From positions 1 to 52,929 of the forward strand of contig UYFQ01000474.1 in NCBI GenBank assembly GCA_900617105.1: a stretch of 52,929 nucleotides of DNA. Reading direction: 5' to 3'. Below, in pieces: positions 49,531-52,929 of the stretch (the first letter of the stretch is position 1; the number at the start of each line of letters is the position of its first letter). The DNA is from Hydrurus foetidus (taxonomy: Eukaryota). The notes under the pieces are model-generated. The model was not told where the DNA came from. It saw only the letters and a list, made by a program, of their open reading frames with translations, and did no database searches. The translations under genes and the position numbers were made by a program.

Positions 49531-52065
49531 CTTAATCTCGACACAATCCATCAGGTCGAGGCACTTACTCTTCAGCATGAAGGAGGGTCCTACGAAGTTG
49601 CGTGCAACTTGAGGAGGCCTCGGGTAGTCACACCAGAGATGGTGATAGCTAAGGTACAGTGTGGTGTGGTGTGGTGTGGTGCAGTGCAGTGCAGTGCAGT
49701 GGAGTGGAGTGGAGTGGAGTGGAGTGCAGTGCAGTGGAGTGCAGTGCAGTGGAGTGGAGTGGAGTAGAGTGAAGTGGAGTAGAGTGGAGTGGAGTGGAGT
49801 GGAGTGGAGTGGAGTGGAGTGTACTGTATTGCGGTACAGCATTGTATAGTATTGCGTTGAGTGGCGCAGAGTCGTATAATTTCGAAATGTAGATCTTAGA
49901 GATTTGTCATGTGATGCAATACGATGCTATGCATTTTGGCAAATATCACACCTTTCGATTGGTCAATCCTGTTGGTTGACCTGTTGGTTGTGATGTTGGC
50001 CAACTTGTGGGTTGCGATGTCGGTTGACCAGTTGGTTGACTGGTTGGCTGTCCCGTAGGCTGCCCGGTTGGTTGACTTGTTGGCTGCGTGGTAGGCTGAC
50101 AAGTTGGTTGACTGGTTGGTTGACCTGACGGCACCGACGTCGGCTGACCTGTTGGCTGACCTGTCGGTTGTATGGTAGGATGAGCTATCGGTTGTGATGT
50201 AGGCTGACCTGTTGGTTGTGATGTAGGTTGTGATGTTGGTTGCGACGTAGGCTGACCTATTGGTTGTGAAGTGAGTTGTGACGTCGGTTATGATGTCGGC
50301 TGACCTGTTCGTTGTGATGTGGGTTGTGACGTTGGTAGTGACGTCGGCTGACCTGTTGGTTGTGATGTTGGCTGACCTGTGGGTTGTGATGTTAGCTGTG
50401 ATGTTGGCTGACCTGTCGGTTGCGATGTGGGTTGTGATGTCGGTTGCGCTGTGGGCTGACCTGTGGGTTGTGATGTCGGTTGTGACGTCGGCTGACCTGT
50501 TGGCTGACCTGTTGGTTGTGATGTTGGTTGCGATGTTGGCTAATCTGTAGGCTGTCCTGTCGGCTGACCTGTTGGTTGTGATGTCGGTTGTGATGTGGGT
50601 TGTGACGTCGGTTGTGATGTCGGCTCACCTGTCGGTTGTGATATTGGCTGACCTGTGGGTTGTGATGTCGGTTGCGCCGTGGGCTGACCTGTGGGTTGTG
50701 ATGTCGGCTGTGACGTCGGCTGACCTGTCGGTTGTGATGTTAGTTGCGATGTTGGCTGATCTGTAGGCTGTCCTGTCGGCTTACCTGTCGGTTGTGATGT
50801 CGGTTGTGATGTGGGTTGTCCAGTTGGTTGCATGGTTGGCTGATCTGTCGGTTGTGATGTTGGCTGACCTGTCGGTTGTGATGTCGGTTGCGCCGTGGGC
50901 TGACCTGTGGGTTGTGATGTGGGTTGTGATGTCGGCTGACCTGTCGGTTGTGATGTTGGTTGTGATGTTGGTTGCATGGTAGGCTGAGCTGACGGTCTAG
51001 ATGTCGGCTGTCCGGTCGGTTTGCCCGTGGGTTGCCCAGTAGGCTGAGCGTTGGGACGACTTGACGGTTGTACAGTCGGTTGACCTGATGGCTGCCCTGT
51101 CGGCATGCGGGTCGGTTGATTTGTGGGTTGACTGGAAGGTTGGCCTGTGGGCTGACCTGATGGTCGTGATGTCGGTTGACCGGTGGGCTGACTGGATGGC
51201 ATCACCGAGGGTTGCCCTGTTGGCTGCGATGATGGTTGCGCAGAGGGTTGATGACTCGGTTGTCCTGTAGTGTGCGGTATGTATGGAAATATTTCATGAT
51301 TTTAGTTCAATTATTTGTTCTGGCCAACTTACTTGAGCATAACATCGCGAGCTTACCAGTAGGCTGACTTGTCGGTTGACCTGATGGTTGTCCAGATGGA
51401 TGCCCGCTTGGTTGTCCTGTAGGCTGATTTGTCGGTTGTGCCGTTGGCTGTCCAGAAGGTTGCTTCGTCGGTTGACTTGTTGGTTGCCCTGTAGGCTGAC
51501 CTGTTGGTTGTCCTGTCGGTTGTCCTGTTGGCTGGCTGGATGGCTGACTCGTCGGCTGACCAGTTGGCTGGCTGGTAGGCTGACCAGACGGTTGTTCAGT
51601 AGGTGCCATAGTAGGCTGACCGGTTGGTTGTGCTGTTCTTTCAGATATGAAATGATTACTAGTTACTGATTACGACTCATAATCAGTTGCAAAAAATACT
51701 AAAACTCTACCCTTCACCTTCTATAAACAAATTGTTAAATGTAAAATTTTAGTCAATTGGGGCAATGGCCAAATTCTAATTTGCAATTTGCTGATACAAG
51801 AAATATCTGTAATTCTGACAGATTCAATTATGTTAATACAATTAACAATTCATGCGAGTCATGTAACTGTTTTTGACCGATATTGATCTAATTTTTTTAT
51901 ATTTTACTTCTTCCTTTTTCGCTGTTTATCATTTAATTTATTTATTTTTTATTTCTTTAGGCGGAGAGAGCCATCGAGGAACTTGGACTGAGGGAATTCC
52001 TGAAAATCGCACATTCTTACACAACCGGACCAACAGAACTCGAACTTTTATCAAGACTGAAATGA
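47711..52065 (+). CDS. Glutamate formiminotransferase (FTCD formiminotransferase domain only); 6 exons: 47711-47861, 47935-48041, 48348-48524, 48862-49059, 49555-49653, 51961-52065
   Basis: YVSEG, FVDATYGRTSF, GTHPALGVVDHISFSP, PIYTYG, LKNIRRDLGYF, GIACVGA, VEALTL.HEGG.YEVACNL. Final exon AERAIEELG..SYTTGPTELELL follows a polypyrimidine tract and TTTAG. Confidence 0.88.
49301..49527. repeat. (CATA)n followed by (CA)n in a formiminotransferase intron
   Basis: Directly visible. Confidence 0.97.
49660..49822. repeat. Mixed (GTGGT)/(GCAGT)/(GGAGT)n pentamer microsatellite at the start of the last formiminotransferase intron
   Basis: Directly visible. Confidence 0.95.
49946..51638 (-). pseudogene. 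Mucin-like (QPT[S/G])n repeat gene fragment nested antisense in the formiminotransferase intron; two exons (~51638-51357 and 51267-49946) with an in-frame TAG at 50542-50540
   Basis: About 530 codons of PTSQ/PTGQ repeats with varied synonymous codons and its own GT-AG intron. CAG>TAG relative to the sister copy near 50757. No signal peptide or globular domain within the host intron. Confidence 0.7.
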
Positions 52066-52929
52066 AAGAATAACTTGCGAAATAGTGACATTTGAGAGTC
52101 TGTTCTTCTCAATGTACCGAATTGCAAACATAGGCCAGTTGTCATTATGATTTATCAGTGATTGTGCTACCCTCCCCTGTGACCCCCTTCTTTCCCTCTC
52201 CGCCCCTCAAAAGTATGCAATCATTTATAAAGTATACCTCGACACTTTCTACGTAAGGTATACTTCGCTACTGTAAGAACTGGTTCAAGTAGATAATTAT
52301 TCGTTTATTTGTTTTCCAGAGGATCTTGAACCGGACTGACTCTACAATTGCCCACACAAGATTTATCAGTTATCGTTGATACGGTATTCTGTTGCAAGAA
52401 TAAGAGGTGACACTAATTTGACTGATTCAAATTGATTGTGGTGTTTAGAATTGTTAGAGGATTTCTATTGACGAGGAAAGTTTTGACGGAAAAGATTAGA
52501 TGTTGGATGCAAGATGGCTGTCATGTTAACCGATCGTATCAATCTAACGGAGGTGTGATTCCACTACTGCAGAAAGTGAAGCTTAAACGATAGTGACGGT
52601 GGACTTCCAGCTACTAGTGATGGACGGAGCGGGACGTTGATTTAAAAATCTGATCTATATACGGGAGCATATTGTACGTGAATTGTGGTAGCTTGTGTAA
52701 TTAAACATTATCCACGCTCCATGGTACGATGTACGAACATGGGCTACTACTAGGGATAGACAGCATCATCTAGTGTGCCACAATTTCATTATTCCCTTCA
52801 TTTGGGACCAGCTGTTTGTTACGCTTCAAAACTCAAGTAAAAAAAGAAAAAAGGTTTCCTTGAGCTGCGTAACAAAGTCGCCGTGTTATACGTTATCATA
52901 CGGCCAATCTATAAAGTACGCAAGTGCAC

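Noticed and set aside
49109..49849. ORFs with HTYI / MYVC / WSGVE repeats
   Set aside because: Translations of intronic (CATA)n and pentamer microsatellites.
49946..51638. Possible CRISPR-like or plus-strand coding repeats
   Set aside because: 12-nt codon-periodic repeats without unique spacers. The plus-strand ORFs are shadows of the minus-strand PTSQ frame.
52100..52929. Possible upstream exons of the nested PTSQ gene
   Set aside because: Only short open stretches with frequent stops; no signal peptide or convincing splice path found by eye.

Overview
Intron-rich eukaryotic nuclear DNA, most likely from a photosynthetic stramenopile (ochrophyte, possibly a chrysophyte). This is inferred from signal-peptide plus ASAFAP-like plastid presequences, a nuclear sigma70, a diatom-type Copia and PTSQ-repeat sequence. 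Gene models were assembled by hand from GT-AG junctions. Left to right: 3' end of a Ty1/Copia retrotransposon with tRNA-like relics and a putative 3' LTR; plastid-targeted sigma factor (+); YheT/ABHD alpha/beta hydrolase (-); plastid-targeted orphan protein (+); an 11-exon, ~1141-aa 8-TM microbial-rhodopsin / histidine kinase / receiver fusion (-); ZNF830-like protein (-) with a 1.8-kb (CAGTA)n intron; membrane-anchored S53 sedolisin (-); 24-exon dynamin-related protein (-); small secreted orphan (+); plastid DoxX-like membrane protein (+); large low-complexity protein with a TKI1/Cramped-like N-terminus (+); and a glutamate formiminotransferase (+) whose last intron hosts an antisense PTSQ-repeat gene fragment. 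The standout is the rhodopsin-histidine kinase, which is split across many ORFs in the track. It keeps the Schiff-base Lys but has a strongly non-canonical retinal pocket and no cyclase domain. Family assignments rest on remembered motifs; no database search was run.
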